Below, in pieces: positions 1-10,910 of a stretch of DNA of 64,000 nt. The notes beneath the pieces are model-generated. The model worked only from the letters and a program-made list of their open reading frames with translations, searched no databases and had not been told where the DNA came from. The DNA is from Dimorphilus gyrociliatus. Its lineage: Eukaryota; Animalia; Annelida. The stretch is taken from NCBI GenBank assembly GCA_904063045.1, contig CAJFCJ010000037.1, positions 62,001-126,000 of the forward strand. Direction: 5' to 3'. Each line of letters starts with the position of its first letter. The stretch's first letter is position 1. The position numbers and the translations under genes were made by a program.

Positions 1-509
1 AATTTATTGAAAACTGGTATCATTGTGTTTTTATTTGATGCAGAGGTTTCAGTATGAAACATACAACAAAAGAATGTTTTTTCTTCACAAGTAACACTGA
101 ACAAATAGCCTTGGATACTGATAATGATTATGATTTTTACTGTAAGTAGAATCTGGGTTTTATTTATTTGAAAATTCATTAAAAAAATTCAAAACATGGA
201 AATTAGACATTTATAAATTTAAAAATTTTGACATTAGCCAAATACACTTCTTCTAGAGGCATATTTTTAAAAAGCAGTTACACGTTAAAACTTTAATAAA
301 GTGACAAGAATTGTAGGAAAATACTAAAGCATATCAAGCATATTATTATCTTTTTTTTTTTCAATGGACTGTTTCATGCATCCCTACATGATTATCTCAT
401 TGCTATGCATAATATTATGTATGATAACACAACTCTTATTTTTTCATGGATGCCTATCAATACTTTTGGACTAATTTAACCACTTTTAGGTTTGTTCAGG
501 AGTAGATAA

Positions 510-764
510 AAGAGAAATTTAAGAGTAATAAAAGTTTTAATGTTTACTATTGTTTTATTCTATAAATTGTGAAGTCCTTTTAGTATGGTTGTTGTGGTAG
601 GTATATTTAATGAGAATTTCTTTATTAGAACAAAAAATCATAGATTTTATCTAACATGAATTGGAGATCTAAATGGCTTTGTTAACAGTATAGTCTACAT
701 TTTTATACTTCCTACTGTAAAGAATAAAATTCTGGCTGTTGAGAATATTTTCATTTGTAAATAA
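510..764 (+). pseudogene. Class A GPCR pseudogene fragment (TM6-TM7 and C-tail)
   Basis: One frame reads KRNLRVIKVLMFTIVLFYKL*SPFSMVVVVGIF...RFYLT*IGDLNGFVNSIVYIFILPTVKNKILAVENIFICK*. This gives a TM6 (C)WxPF-like motif and a TM7 NSxVY (NPxxY-like) motif, with in-frame TGA at 570 and 657. It probably extends further 5' in degraded form. Confidence 0.7.
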
Positions 765-999
765 TTTGAATTTTGCTAAAAGGCACCTATTTTGCCTTGA
801 TTAGATTACTTTTACTACAAATTGGAGATTATTGATAATCCAATAACTCACAAATTCAATGGTTTTCAAGTGGAATTCAAAACTCATACTTTAATACAGT
901 TGCCTAAAGAATGAAATTTAGGAAGAAAATCTCCACAAATATGGTGCCTATTGTCTCTTCTATGTTGCCAAAATAGTATAGAATATCAAATACTAAACA

Positions 1000-1640
1000 T
1001 ACTGGCAATACCTTTGCTAAATTTCCAAAATCACAGAAATGATTGATTGAAAAACAATGGAATTTCGCTTAAATTTATCAGACAATTGGGCAATGAAAAG
1101 ATTTTGATTTGATATTTGTGAAGGACTAGCAGAGTCATCAGGAACATTAAAGGATTTTAAGTTTAGTACTCTGCTGTTTTGTAGCTGTAAGAATTTCTGA
1201 CTCTTTATCACAAAATTCATCCTGTCCAATCATTTACCAATTTTGTCAAAGTACTGGTTCAAATAGAACCTCAAGTTCGTCCACAAAATAAAAACCTTTA
1301 GAATGAATTCAGTTTGGTGTTGCAACACCTGTCTTCTCAACACCTTGATGTAGGTAAGATAAAACAACTTTGACATTTGTCTTTTTAAAAGTTGGCTGTT
1401 CATTTGCCAATCCACAGTAGCTCCATCTGTTTCAGTCAAAGAATCTATTTAGTGTAGAAAGTTCTATCATTCTAATTCCCAAATATCAATATGTCGCCAT
1501 TTGTATTTGACTCTTAACAACTTTAGAACAGTCCTATATATCACTTTTAGTATATGTTTTTTCAGCCTTTTTTCTTAGAAATTTCTGAAATCTTCCTACT
1601 CTGAGTAAGCCTTTGACAAAGGTGAACCTAAGCTTTGATA
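1000..1640 (+). pseudogene. Degenerate RI-like LRR gene remnant
   Basis: 1111-1165 reads DICEGLAESSGTLKDFKF, matching the ICEGLxxSSxTLKxL unit of the 22839 LRR ORF. The flanks are full of stops. The listed minus-strand ORFs are antisense shadows. Confidence 0.55.
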
Positions 1641-2382
1641 TAAAACGAGATCCATGCAAAATTTTTATGTCTTTAATCTCTGGTTATATTTTTTTGAAAG
1701 TTTGATTCAATCACTTCCACTTTTCAAAATGGCTGCCATTTCACTTTGCAACAATATTTTATTTTTTGAATGTGTAATTAATTATGACGAATTATTAATA
1801 ATTTTTAAAATCTGTGTATGTATTCAATATCAGTTGTAAATTGAAGATAAACTCACACTCAACTAACTGTCTAAAAGATTATTGATCAAATTTGACTGAA
1901 AGTTATCATGCTCATAATATATAGTTTAATAGCAACTATTTTAAAATACTTTTCAGTTACCTTCAACTGTTTCATTGGCTGAAAAGTAAATAAAAAATTT
2001 GCAATTAGAAAATTTCAATAGAATTTCATAAATCATAAACACTAACTACATACTTCTTTCATAATAAACAGAGTCTGCAAAATTGGCAAGATTTGATATG
2101 TTATCTATTTTTGCATTCTTTATGTTGCATTTAAGTAAGGCTTTAAAATCACTGAATGATCTAATGAACAAAATATGAGAAGAATGTATGATTCTTACTA
2201 CTTATTTGCCACTATATAACTTACTACATAAAATTTTAGAGTTGGGGTGCGAATGTACCTGGGTGCATTGGTTCTATATTCATCCTTCATCAATTCTACA
2301 TCTCTCTTCTAAGTGGCTTACTCCTGGTTCAGTTCTATTTGGACCAGTACTTACCTACAACCTCAGCAGGAAAGTACAAACT

Positions 2383-2402
2383 TGGTGCAGTCGACAGGAT
2401 TC
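2383..2402 (+). promoter_or_regulatory. Primer-binding site complementary to the 3' end of tRNA-Ser
   Basis: TGGTGCAGTCGACAGGATTC lies 4 nt after ...AAAGTACA. It differs by two transitions from TGGCGCAGTCGGCAGGATTC, the complement of a typical metazoan tRNA-Ser 3' end (recalled, not searched). Confidence 0.65.
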
Positions 2403-2422
2403 TCATCTTCTTTTTTTTAAAA

Positions 2423-2787
2423 ATGGCTAGTGCTGGAAGTGATCCCTCTACCAGTAGAGCAAGTAAAGATGAAAAGAAAATCAGTGAGTATATGCTGAAA
2501 TTGGAAGAATATATGGAGAAAATTCAGACAAGGCAGTGGATATAACCAGAATTGAAAAAGAAAGAAGAAAGTTGATGACTATTGTTGAAGAATTTGAAGA
2601 GATTATGCCTAAAGATCAAACAGATATTGTACCTGATGTACCACCTCTCTCAATTGATCTTTGTGAAGAAGCCACCCCATTCAAGCAAAGACCATACAGA
2701 TTACCTCCAGTGAAAATGGATGAATGTAAAAAGCAAGTTAACGACTTACTGAACAGTGGAATTATTAGAATAAGGGTTAGGCAATAA
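2423..2787 (+). pseudogene. gag N-terminus fused by deletion to a Ty3/gypsy pol fragment (start of RT)
   Basis: MASAGSDPSTS...EKIQTRQW is followed by PLSIDLCEEATPFKQRPYRLPPVKMDECKKQVNDLLNSGIIR, the gypsy PxxQRPYRxP...QVxxLLxxGIIR motif. Confidence 0.8.
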
Positions 2788-2788
2788 T

Positions 2789-3014
2789 TTGCCGAAATGT
2801 GTAGTTCATATTTATGTTTAGTAAGAGGATGTTACAAGGTTGAACATTTAGGAAGGTTAATTGAATTATAACTTGGCCACACCCTAGGCAAGTTAATTAA
2901 ATTATAACTTGGCCAAACCTTTTTTTGGTAATTAAAGATGAGCCTTCAAGCTGACTAATCAGACTTATGTTTGGCCAATGTTATAGCATTTTCTTGCATA
3001 GGTTTTAAGATGTA
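2789..3014 (-). mobile_element. Partial LTR (5' half of the 54480-55114 family), inverted
   Basis: Near-exact reverse complement of about 54537-54762, including the duplicated GGCCAAGTTATAATT unit. Confidence 0.85.
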
Positions 3015-3020
3015 TGGGGT

Positions 3021-5055
3021 CAGGACATTTCGGCCCACTTTTGGACATTTCGGCCCATTCTAAGGTAATCATACTAAAGGCATTGTGTCTCACTTGAAGA
3101 TAGGTTTAGTACTTATGAATTGATAAATATGACAAATATAATTTTTATTTTGTGAACAATTATGTTTATTTTTTTAATATAAAAAACAATTTACAAATAG
3201 TAAGGAGTGTTAAGTTTAATAACTAAAATGCAGAACAAGAAATAACAAATTTTAACAGATATTTAAATCAACAAGTCTATCCAATAATTCATGCAAACTC
3301 AATTCTCTTTCTTCATATTTACTCCACAACTGGAATATTTTAAATTCTAAATCTTTATACTTCTTCTTCTGTATTTTTCTCAACTTTTTTTCAGACAATA
3401 ACTTTTCAAAGATCTCTACTAATTCAGCTTCTCTTTTCAATTCTTTTATTAGAGAATAAAAGTTCTCATCCATTTTCAAATTTTTGTTGAGTCTGGAATG
3501 CCTCAACATGATTGTTTGTTCTCACAATTAATTGATAAACAGACCAGAATTGAGGAGGCCAAGTACTGCTTTTAATGAATGTTACTTCTATATATTCAAG
3601 CAAATCTGTAAACAATTTCTTTTCACAAAGTTCTTCTTTTAGTTGGACAAACTTTTGTTCAATAAAATTTGAAGGCAGATATGCCAAACATATCAATTTT
3701 TGTAACATTTTTCCTTTGTACCCATTTTCTTTATAATCAGTAATATATCCAAGTTTCTAATAAAATAAGTATTTAATTATTTTCTTTATATGATTGTTTA
3801 ATCTACCTGAATGTTCCTAAAAACTGCTTGTTTGATATGAAAAGAGCATCCTTGAAGGTCAGAATTGGGAAATTGCTCTTTAAGTGCCATCCATATAGCC
3901 TTTTCAAAATCAAGCACACATTTTCTGGGAGTTTTATCATTGATTAATTTTCTTATCTCCATTTTTCAAATGAAAAATGATAAATTAAAAGTGATTAAAA
4001 TACTGAAATATCTCAAACCTGAAGTACAGCAATATAACAGCTTTTCTTCTTGCTACTCATCATTTACCAGTTTTTCCATTGTCACCAGTTGCCATTTCTT
4101 TTAAGTCCATTGTTGATTGAAGAACACTTTCTATGTTTTTATGCAATTTATGAAGATGATTTTCATTTTTTACAATGAACTTTGACCCCTTTTGTAATAT
4201 GTATGCAGGACAAGGAGCTTTGGCATATCTCTGAGTACATCTCCAGGTGATTGAACTTTCAGTTTTTCTTTTTACAGAATATGAACAGTTTTTGTGTAGA
4301 AGTAAGTGAATTGAAGTCAAAGGAAAGTGTTAACTGTTAAAATTTATGGTGAAATAATAATATCTTTGAACAAATAAAATTACCTGATTTGTATTTGTTT
4401 CACTTGTATTATTCATTGATGATTCTAAATTAACAACAGTTTCATCATATTCTGGATGAATTTTAATCTGATGATAATTATCTATTTTCTTTAATTTAAT
4501 AAATAATTTTTGTTTGCTGACATCATGACAATCAGGACAATAATCTGCATCTTAATATATAGGTGATATAGCATTATACCTGAGAAAGTTAGAGAGTTTA
4601 CTTACATTTTGAACATTTTGTATGATAAAAATGTCTGCACAACTTGAATCTGAATTTTCTTTGTGTCCAATGAAATCTTAATCCACACTTGCAACAGTTT
4701 TTCAAATTCATGTTGTAATTTCTATTGAAGCTTCTATGATAAATGAAGAAAAGAAATATGCTTTCTACTTTTTCTCAAAACAGGAAAAGGAAATTGTAAA
4801 ACAATGTAAAATATACTTCAGAAATAAGGAAAACTGCTATCCATTATTCTGAAAATATTTTGAATTTTATAATAATTATTTTACATATCTGGAATTACTA
4901 TATTATATTACTTATTATATTTTTTATTAATTTTAAAATTGATTTGCTTTTTCTTATTTATTGTATTTAATTCATAATTAACTCAAAAAGTCATAAAATG
5001 GGCCAAAATGTCCAAAAGTGGGCTGAACTGTCCTGGGCCAAAATGTCACTGCACC
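3021..5055 (-). mobile_element. Mutator/MULE (Phantom-like) DNA transposon with sub-repeated TIRs and a defective PHD-FLYWCH-MULE transposase
   Basis: The left TIR GGACATTTCGGCCCACTTTTGGACATTTCGGCCCATT (3023-3059) is inverted at 4997-5033. Minus-strand pieces: PHD-like exon near 4600-4690, FLYWCH YSVKRKTESSITWRCTQRYAKAPCPAY...HLH (4060-4320) and MULE C-terminal WPPQFWSVYQLIVRTNNHVE (3466-3708). The central DDE region appears deleted. Confidence 0.85.
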
Positions 5056-5260
5056 GTTGTAGGTAACCAAATTAGAAGTTTGGTACCATCTACCCCAGAG
5101 GCAACATCTACTTCAACACTTCTACCATATGGTAAGTATTATTTATAAAATATCTAGAAACTATAGTTCAGAAGTGTACACTTATTTTATTTTTTTTTTT
5201 GATGTTTCTTTGTTTTTTATTATTTATTGTATATAATTAGTAGTTAACTAAAAATGTAAC

Positions 5261-5321
5261 AAAGTGGGCCGAAATGTCCTAAAATGGGCCGAAATGTCCT
5301 GGGCCGATATGTCACTGCACC
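5261..5321. repeat. Extra orphan MULE right-TIR copy
   Basis: AAAGTGGGCCGAAATGTCCTAAAATGGGCCGAAATGTCCTGGGCCGATATGTCACTGCACC repeats the 4997-5055 terminus. Confidence 0.8.
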
Positions 5322-5745
5322 ATTTTGTGATATCTATAATATATATATATTTTATAAACAATAGTTGTTATCTTATCTTTTAAAATCACTATAAACAAAT
5401 AATTTTAATTTAGATTTACAAATACAAATTACAAAAACAGTTAGTTTGTTGTGGCAGGTTACAAAATTACCAAGGTATCATACAACAACAAGGATGTTGC
5501 AGACTAGAATGCTCCTTCCAACTGACTAGAGTGGTTTCTAGACTATTTTCTGAGATGATTGGACCAAAAGAGTAGTGATTTGAATACAGTTAGGTGTGCT
5601 TCTAATATTCAATCATCATTTTGCAGTTTGGTGAACTATCTCATTTTTGTTTATGATTAATAACAGAATGGTACAAAGTCTAACATTTAGGCAGACTGAT
5701 TGAATTACAACTTGGTCAAAACTTAATCAACAAAATGCCTGTATA

Positions 5746-6108
5746 AAAGAAGATGTTTGCAAGAAACATTATCAGATTCAACAAGTATTGGAATATATTC
5801 AGGATACTTTAGCAAAGCATAGAGAACATATTAACTTTGTAAAAGATGTAGGAATTGATGCTATGTCATCAGCACAACATTTATTTGCTTCATGGATAAG
5901 AAAACATTTTAAATTACTTATTCACACATTCCTACCAATTATACTACTGATTGGCATTGGAATCTCTATTTACTTTATTTGGAAGAAAAAACTGAAAAAG
6001 GTTCAATTTACTAGACTGTCTAAATTATTGACAAAAACAAAAAAATTACCTTCAGCTGCAACAGCCAAAACAGAAAAAATACCATTCCAAACTTATCCTA
6101 CATTCTGA
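5746..6108 (+). pseudogene. env-like C-terminal fragment (amphipathic/coiled segment, TM helix, basic cytoplasmic tail)
   Basis: ...QVLEYIQDTLAKHREHINFVKDVGIDAMSSAQHLFASWIRKHFK-LLIHTFLPIILLIGIGISIYFIW-KKKLKK... sits in the position env would occupy, just before the putative 3' LTR. Confidence 0.5.
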
Positions 6109-6657
6109 GAGTGTGGTTATACCCTATTTGTCAGCAAGTTGTTCAAACTAGCTTGTTTAGAAATAGAAGCTCACTTTATTCAATTCATATTCTTTGGACA
6201 AAATACTGGTGTTTTGTTGATTAATTTCTACCAAAATTGCATTTGTTAGACTATTTGTGGACAAACTTTAAAAGATCCTATTTGGACCAGTACTTTGGCT
6301 AATTGGTAAATGATTGGAAAGGATGATTACAGTTGTGACAAACAAGAAATTCCTACAAAATTACAATACAACAAAGTACAATAATTGCTTTATTTGAAAA
6401 CTATAGACTAAAGTCTATAAAGAAAGATAAAAAAAATACCTTTTGTGAAAATATGTGCAAAACTGAAAAGATAATCATAACCTATTAATGAACATATTGA
6501 AATATCCATAAAAGAAGAAAATTAGTAATTTATATTTATTTTAAAAGATTTTTTTTAAATTTTCTTTCACTAAAGTTGTAAGCAATATAATATTGAAAAA
6601 AAATGTTTAACACAACTCATAGGCTTTCAGACAAGTTTTTGGAAAGGTACAATCAAC

Positions 6658-6795
6658 ATGAAAATACTTGTAGTTGTATTTCTTTTGGTGGTAATTGTAA
6701 GCAATGTTGATGCAATGATTGGTTGGTTGGAGAATGTTCATCATCACTGCAATAATCACCTAGAAGAGAAGAGAGGTTTAACAGAACTTGAAAGG
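6658..6795 (+). CDS. First exon of a small secreted peptide precursor (signal peptide plus KR site); downstream exon not found
   Basis: MKILVVVFLLVVIVSNVDA-MIGWLENVHHHCNNHLEE-KR-GLTELER, followed by a phase-0 donor GTAAGG at 6796. Confidence 0.5.
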
Positions 6796-7224
6796 GTAAG
6801 GCCAAATTCATTTTCATCAATTTCTATTCTCCTTCTTTCTTTTTAAATTCGGCACTGTAGCCCAGATCTTTTAAATCAAACAGTAAACTTAGATTACATT
6901 TTTACAATGTTCCATATTGTTGCTAACCTGAATTTTTCGGAATATTGCTTGTGACCAGTGGAAAGATCAACCAACCATTGAAATATCTGTCTAAGTAGGA
7001 GGAAGGATTTAATCGCTCTTTATAAGTCCCTGACTTACTCACGAAAATATACAAATAATTTGTAAACTAGGAGAGGTAGAGAGTATCTGAAAACTATTCA
7101 TAAAACTAGACAAAATTTCCTACATTTTAGTCAATATTCTTTTAAAACAAGGCCATTGATTACCCTTCAAAATAGCCCTTACAAAAAAATATTCCATCGA
7201 ACGAAAAATTTCTTTCACCACTAT

Positions 7225-7438
7225 ACCTCTTAAAACCTATGCAAGAAAACGCTACAACATTGGCCAAACACAGGTCTGATTAGTCAACTTGAAGGCTCGT
7301 CTTTAATTACCAGTTAAGGTTTGGCCAAGTTATAATTCAATTAACTTGCCTAAGGTGTGGCCAAGTTATAAATCAATCAACCTTCCTAAATGTTGAACCT
7401 TGTAACATGCTGCTACTAAACCATAAATATGAACTACT
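7225..7438 (+). mobile_element. Partial LTR (5' half of the 54480 family)
   Basis: Diverged direct copy of about 54545-54752 (CATTGGCCAAAC...GGTGTGGCCAAGTTATA...ATAAATATGAACTAC). Confidence 0.85.
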
Positions 7439-8133
7439 TTTTACAGATATGATGACAAAGTGAACATGTAATTTCTTCAATTCTGAACTTTTCTGCACAA
7501 TTATTACAATTATTACTTTGAGATTCTAAATTAAAAAAGAAAAAAGTGAATAATTTAAGAAAAACATATAAACAGACAGACATTTGATGTATTTGGCATG
7601 GACATAATCTTGGCAGTCACTGCATTTCATCTTTCTCTGTCTACCATAAAATCTTTTATTATGGTTATATAATTATGTATTAAAAAATGTAAAATTATGA
7701 AAGCAATTGTAGAAGATGTTCATTTAACTGGCTATTTTACAACTCTGCAATGATTTTGGGGATGGTACCATTGATTAGGGGTGAAACCGTACCCTAATAG
7801 AACTGTACCTGAGTGAACCCATACCTTTGAAATTCATTCTAAAGATCTAGAATCAAATTCAATTTAAGGTCCATTTCCATAGATTTATCTTCTGACTATT
7901 TGCAAGTAATCAATTTGTGTTAGGGGATTACAAACCTTTTACCAACTTTTTGTCTCCTCATCAATTATTTCTAAATCCATTTAACCCAATGTGCACTAAG
8001 ATATAATGATATATAAATTCTTAGACTTTAGAGATAAGGGTACATTAGAAATAGTGAAGAGAAAGATTTCAGTTTATGATTAAGTTTTGACCAAGTTGTA
8101 ATTCAATAGTTGTCAAGGACTAAAGAAGCAGAA

Positions 8134-8316
8134 GAGGCTTATCAGATACTGAAGAAATCAATGACAGAGCTACCCATACTTCAACTACCTGACTTTACCA
8201 AATGATTTTTTTAAACAACAGATGCCTCTAATTATACAGTTGGTGCAGTTCTGGAACAGGAATGGGAAGAAGACGGAAAGAAAATTAGAAAGCCAATTTC
8301 TTTTGCTTACAAACTT
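8134..8316 (+). pseudogene. Ty3/gypsy RT-connection/RNase H fragment
   Basis: EAYQILKKSMTELPILQLPDFTK*FF*TTDASNYTVGAVLEQEW...KPISFAYKL, containing the TDAS..VGAVL.Q RNase H motif. Confidence 0.85.
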
Positions 8317-9228
8317 CAAATCAATACACAACTTTAACCCTGTGCTACAAGTGCTAACACAGCAGTAGTCTATCTACACAAAATGGCTGACTTCTATTAC
8401 CAATAAATAATTAAAAAATATCACCCTAATGACTATTGATTGTTCTTACCCATACTAACATTTCCCTTTGACAATTTATAAAAAAGAGACAAGCCTGAGC
8501 TGCCTGTTATATTTTCCTCTAACTGTCACAATCAAAGCTTGCCTAGTCCATTGAAGAAGACAAAACTTTCAGTTAATGTATAATTGTTTGTAATTTTGAT
8601 CCAATTTTATAGCAATAAAAATTTCCTATAGAAAGGCAGAAAACATGGATAAAATTGATGAAAAATATTCAATGTATATTTAAATTTGAACAATAATTGA
8701 ATAGGAAGTGAAAGAGACAAGTTTGTAAAAGGTCATTTCCAATTCAATTCATTCTTAGAATTTTAAAATAAAATATTCTTGTTTATTGTCTATCAATGTC
8801 TAAAATTTATTTAGAGAATATTCATCATATTTTCAACAATATTTTATCTCCTAAAGGCAGAAGTCTGTCTTTTTGGTGTCATTTACTATTTAGAACCATA
8901 ATAAATAAATAATATCTCACTTTTGAGGATAGCGATTGTAAAAATTTACAAATTAACCCTAACCCTAAATCAATCCTTTCATCTCCCAAACCTTTTCCAT
9001 GATGATACCACCTTAAAAAGTTAAACAGTTGTTGTCATATTATTGCTAAACATTTTCCAACCCAAAATTAACATTCAAATATCTGATATGTGGACATTTT
9101 TGTCAACTACATTCACCTTATATTAGATTAGTTGAATTAGCAGAGTGAGTGGGAGAAAGTAAAAGACACATTTACATGAATAAAATACTTTAATACTGAA
9201 AATAGACAAAAAAATGTCAATATTCACT

Positions 9229-9533
9229 AAAGTCTGTTACTGAGATGTCTTTTGATAGTTTGGTACCAATAATCGTATGTTGCAAATTTTCAGGATAAGA
9301 TGCTCTATTTAAAATCCTTATTGTTTTAATAATATAGGCTCTGTCCAGTTGAATCAAATACCAAGGTCTATCTTCTTTTAACGTATGAATACATCTTTCG
9401 AAAGAAATGTATGAGGGATTAAATTCTCCATTAACAGCCAAATGATGTGCACTAGTTGACCATAAACTGGAGATGTTTGTAAATTGTTTAAAAGCCAAAT
9501 TTACATGTTTAAAATGATTTGAATATATTCCAA
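9229..9533 (-). pseudogene. Isolated fucolectin/F5-8 type C-like exon
   Basis: CIHTLKEDRPWYLIQLDRAYIIKTIRILNR matches the F-type lectin C.HT...PW..vDL...y.I..v.i.NR pattern. It is bounded by an AG acceptor and a GT donor, and no partner exons were identified. Confidence 0.6.
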
Positions 9534-10151
9534 CTGGAATATATAAGAAAAACCAAAATATCTCTTTACACATTGCTTTCTAAAATGTAACTATTGTATT
9601 TTAGAGCAAATGTCACATTCATTTTGAAAGTTTAGAATAAAGAAACTTAATTATGAAAGAGTTATTCCCTTTTTACAGTCTAATCACATTTCTTTTTCAT
9701 TATACTATTTTCAAGAATAATTTTTGACTTTAATAAACTCAATTTGTATAAATATGAAATCTTTATTGAAAATAGATCATTAAATTTTCATGTCCAACAT
9801 TCCATATATACAACCATATATTTAAAAATGAAGAGTTGACAACAAAATAACTTCTGACTCTTTGACCCACAGAAAATCAAAGATATCAGGTTAGAATCTG
9901 TTGAAAAAAAGATATCTTGGAAGGAAACACAAGTTGTTTATTACAATCTGTTAAATGTCATACCTTAAATGTCACATATCTAATTAACAAGGTAAAACAT
10001 TAATCACTTGGCCTAGTTATTGTCAATTTGTAATCTTTAAATGTAGTGAAAAATGCAGTCAAATCATTTACTTTTAAGAAATGTCACATTGAAATATGAA
10101 AATTTTCATTTGATAAAAAAGTGTATACAAACACACAAACATGTATCATTA

Positions 10152-10357
10152 GGATGCGACAGAAAACGTCCACAAATGAGTGCTTTTACCCTAACCCTAA
10201 CCCAGCCCATAGCTGTACCTAACCTATTCCATTAGCCTTAACCCTTAGAGGAGACCCTCCTAAGTACAAATCAGTTGCTGTCTTCTTCTTCCTAACCATT
10301 TCCCAATCCAAAATCTAGTCTTAAAATTTCTCATTAGTGGACATTTTCTGTCAACCC
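10152..10357 (+). mobile_element. 206-bp MITE with ~25-bp TIRs and internal CCCTAA tract
   Basis: Starts GGATGCGACAGAAAACGTCCACAAATG and ends CATTAGTGGACATTTTCTGTCAACCC. It contains ACCCTAACCCTAACCC, and a same-length inverted copy lies at 19573-19778. Confidence 0.8.
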
Positions 10358-10769
10358 TGTATCATTACGATAAGCAGACTTTTTAGCCATGCAATAATAA
10401 TGAAAATACACATTTTGTCAATAATCTCAATTATTTATTGCTATCAGGCTAATCATTGAGCAACTGTCCACCAAATAGAATTGAACAGCAACCAAGACAA
10501 CAGGTAGGATTCCTCTTCATCGTTATCTCCATAACCTAGAACAAAAGCTATTGAATTTTTTCATACAAGTGTAATATGTGTTAAACTTTACTATGATAGA
10601 AGTTATATAATATGCAATATATGTAGGAACTAGATAATGTCCACCCTGTAAATAGCAGGGAGTAGCTAAATTTATTTAGAAGGAAGCTTCACAGTATATA
10701 AATCCCTGCTGTTTTGTACCAGGTTTTATTAGATATTCATTTTAATACAACAAGTATTAAAAGAGCCTA

Positions 10770-10910
10770 CAGGGTTCTACTCAAACCTTTAAACAAAGTG
10801 TTTTATTTAAATGGCTTATTTCTCATAAATTACTTAAGCTTGTAACACAATATAAAAGTTCATTAGAAGAGTAGATAGTTTGTGATAGCTGCTGACAAGT
10901 TGACAAACTC
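10770..10910 (-). mobile_element. Fragment of LTR 3' half (diverged family member)
   Basis: Its reverse complement matches ...TTAAATAAAACACTTTGTTTAAAGGTTTGAGTAGAACC of the LTR 3' region. A related piece lies at about 21560-21760. Confidence 0.6.

Larger units (their letters stand above)
2335..6330 (+). mobile_element. Internally deleted Ty3/gypsy-type LTR retroelement remnant (LTR end, PBS, gag start, pol piece, env-like C-terminus) with nested insertions
   Basis: GTACA LTR-like end at 2374-2378, PBS at 2383-2402, ATG at 2423, RT-start motif at 2650-2770 and env-like TM ORF ending at 6108. The 18-mer CTATTTGGACCAGTACTT is shared at 2335 and 6278, consistent with degraded 5' and 3' LTRs. Confidence 0.6.

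Noticed and set aside
570-659. Two in-frame TGA codons at Trp-like positions of the GPCR fragment (plus TGAs in the giant gene), suggesting TGA=Trp recoding or selenocysteine
   Set aside because: Intact genes use TGG for Trp and end at TGA (SDR 18897-99, LRR 24216-18). The same loci carry other lesions, so G>A decay is the simpler explanation.
8950-8970. True telomere or chromosome-fusion scar from CCCTAA repeats
   Set aside because: Tracts are only 2-3 units long and mostly embedded in MITE-like repeats.
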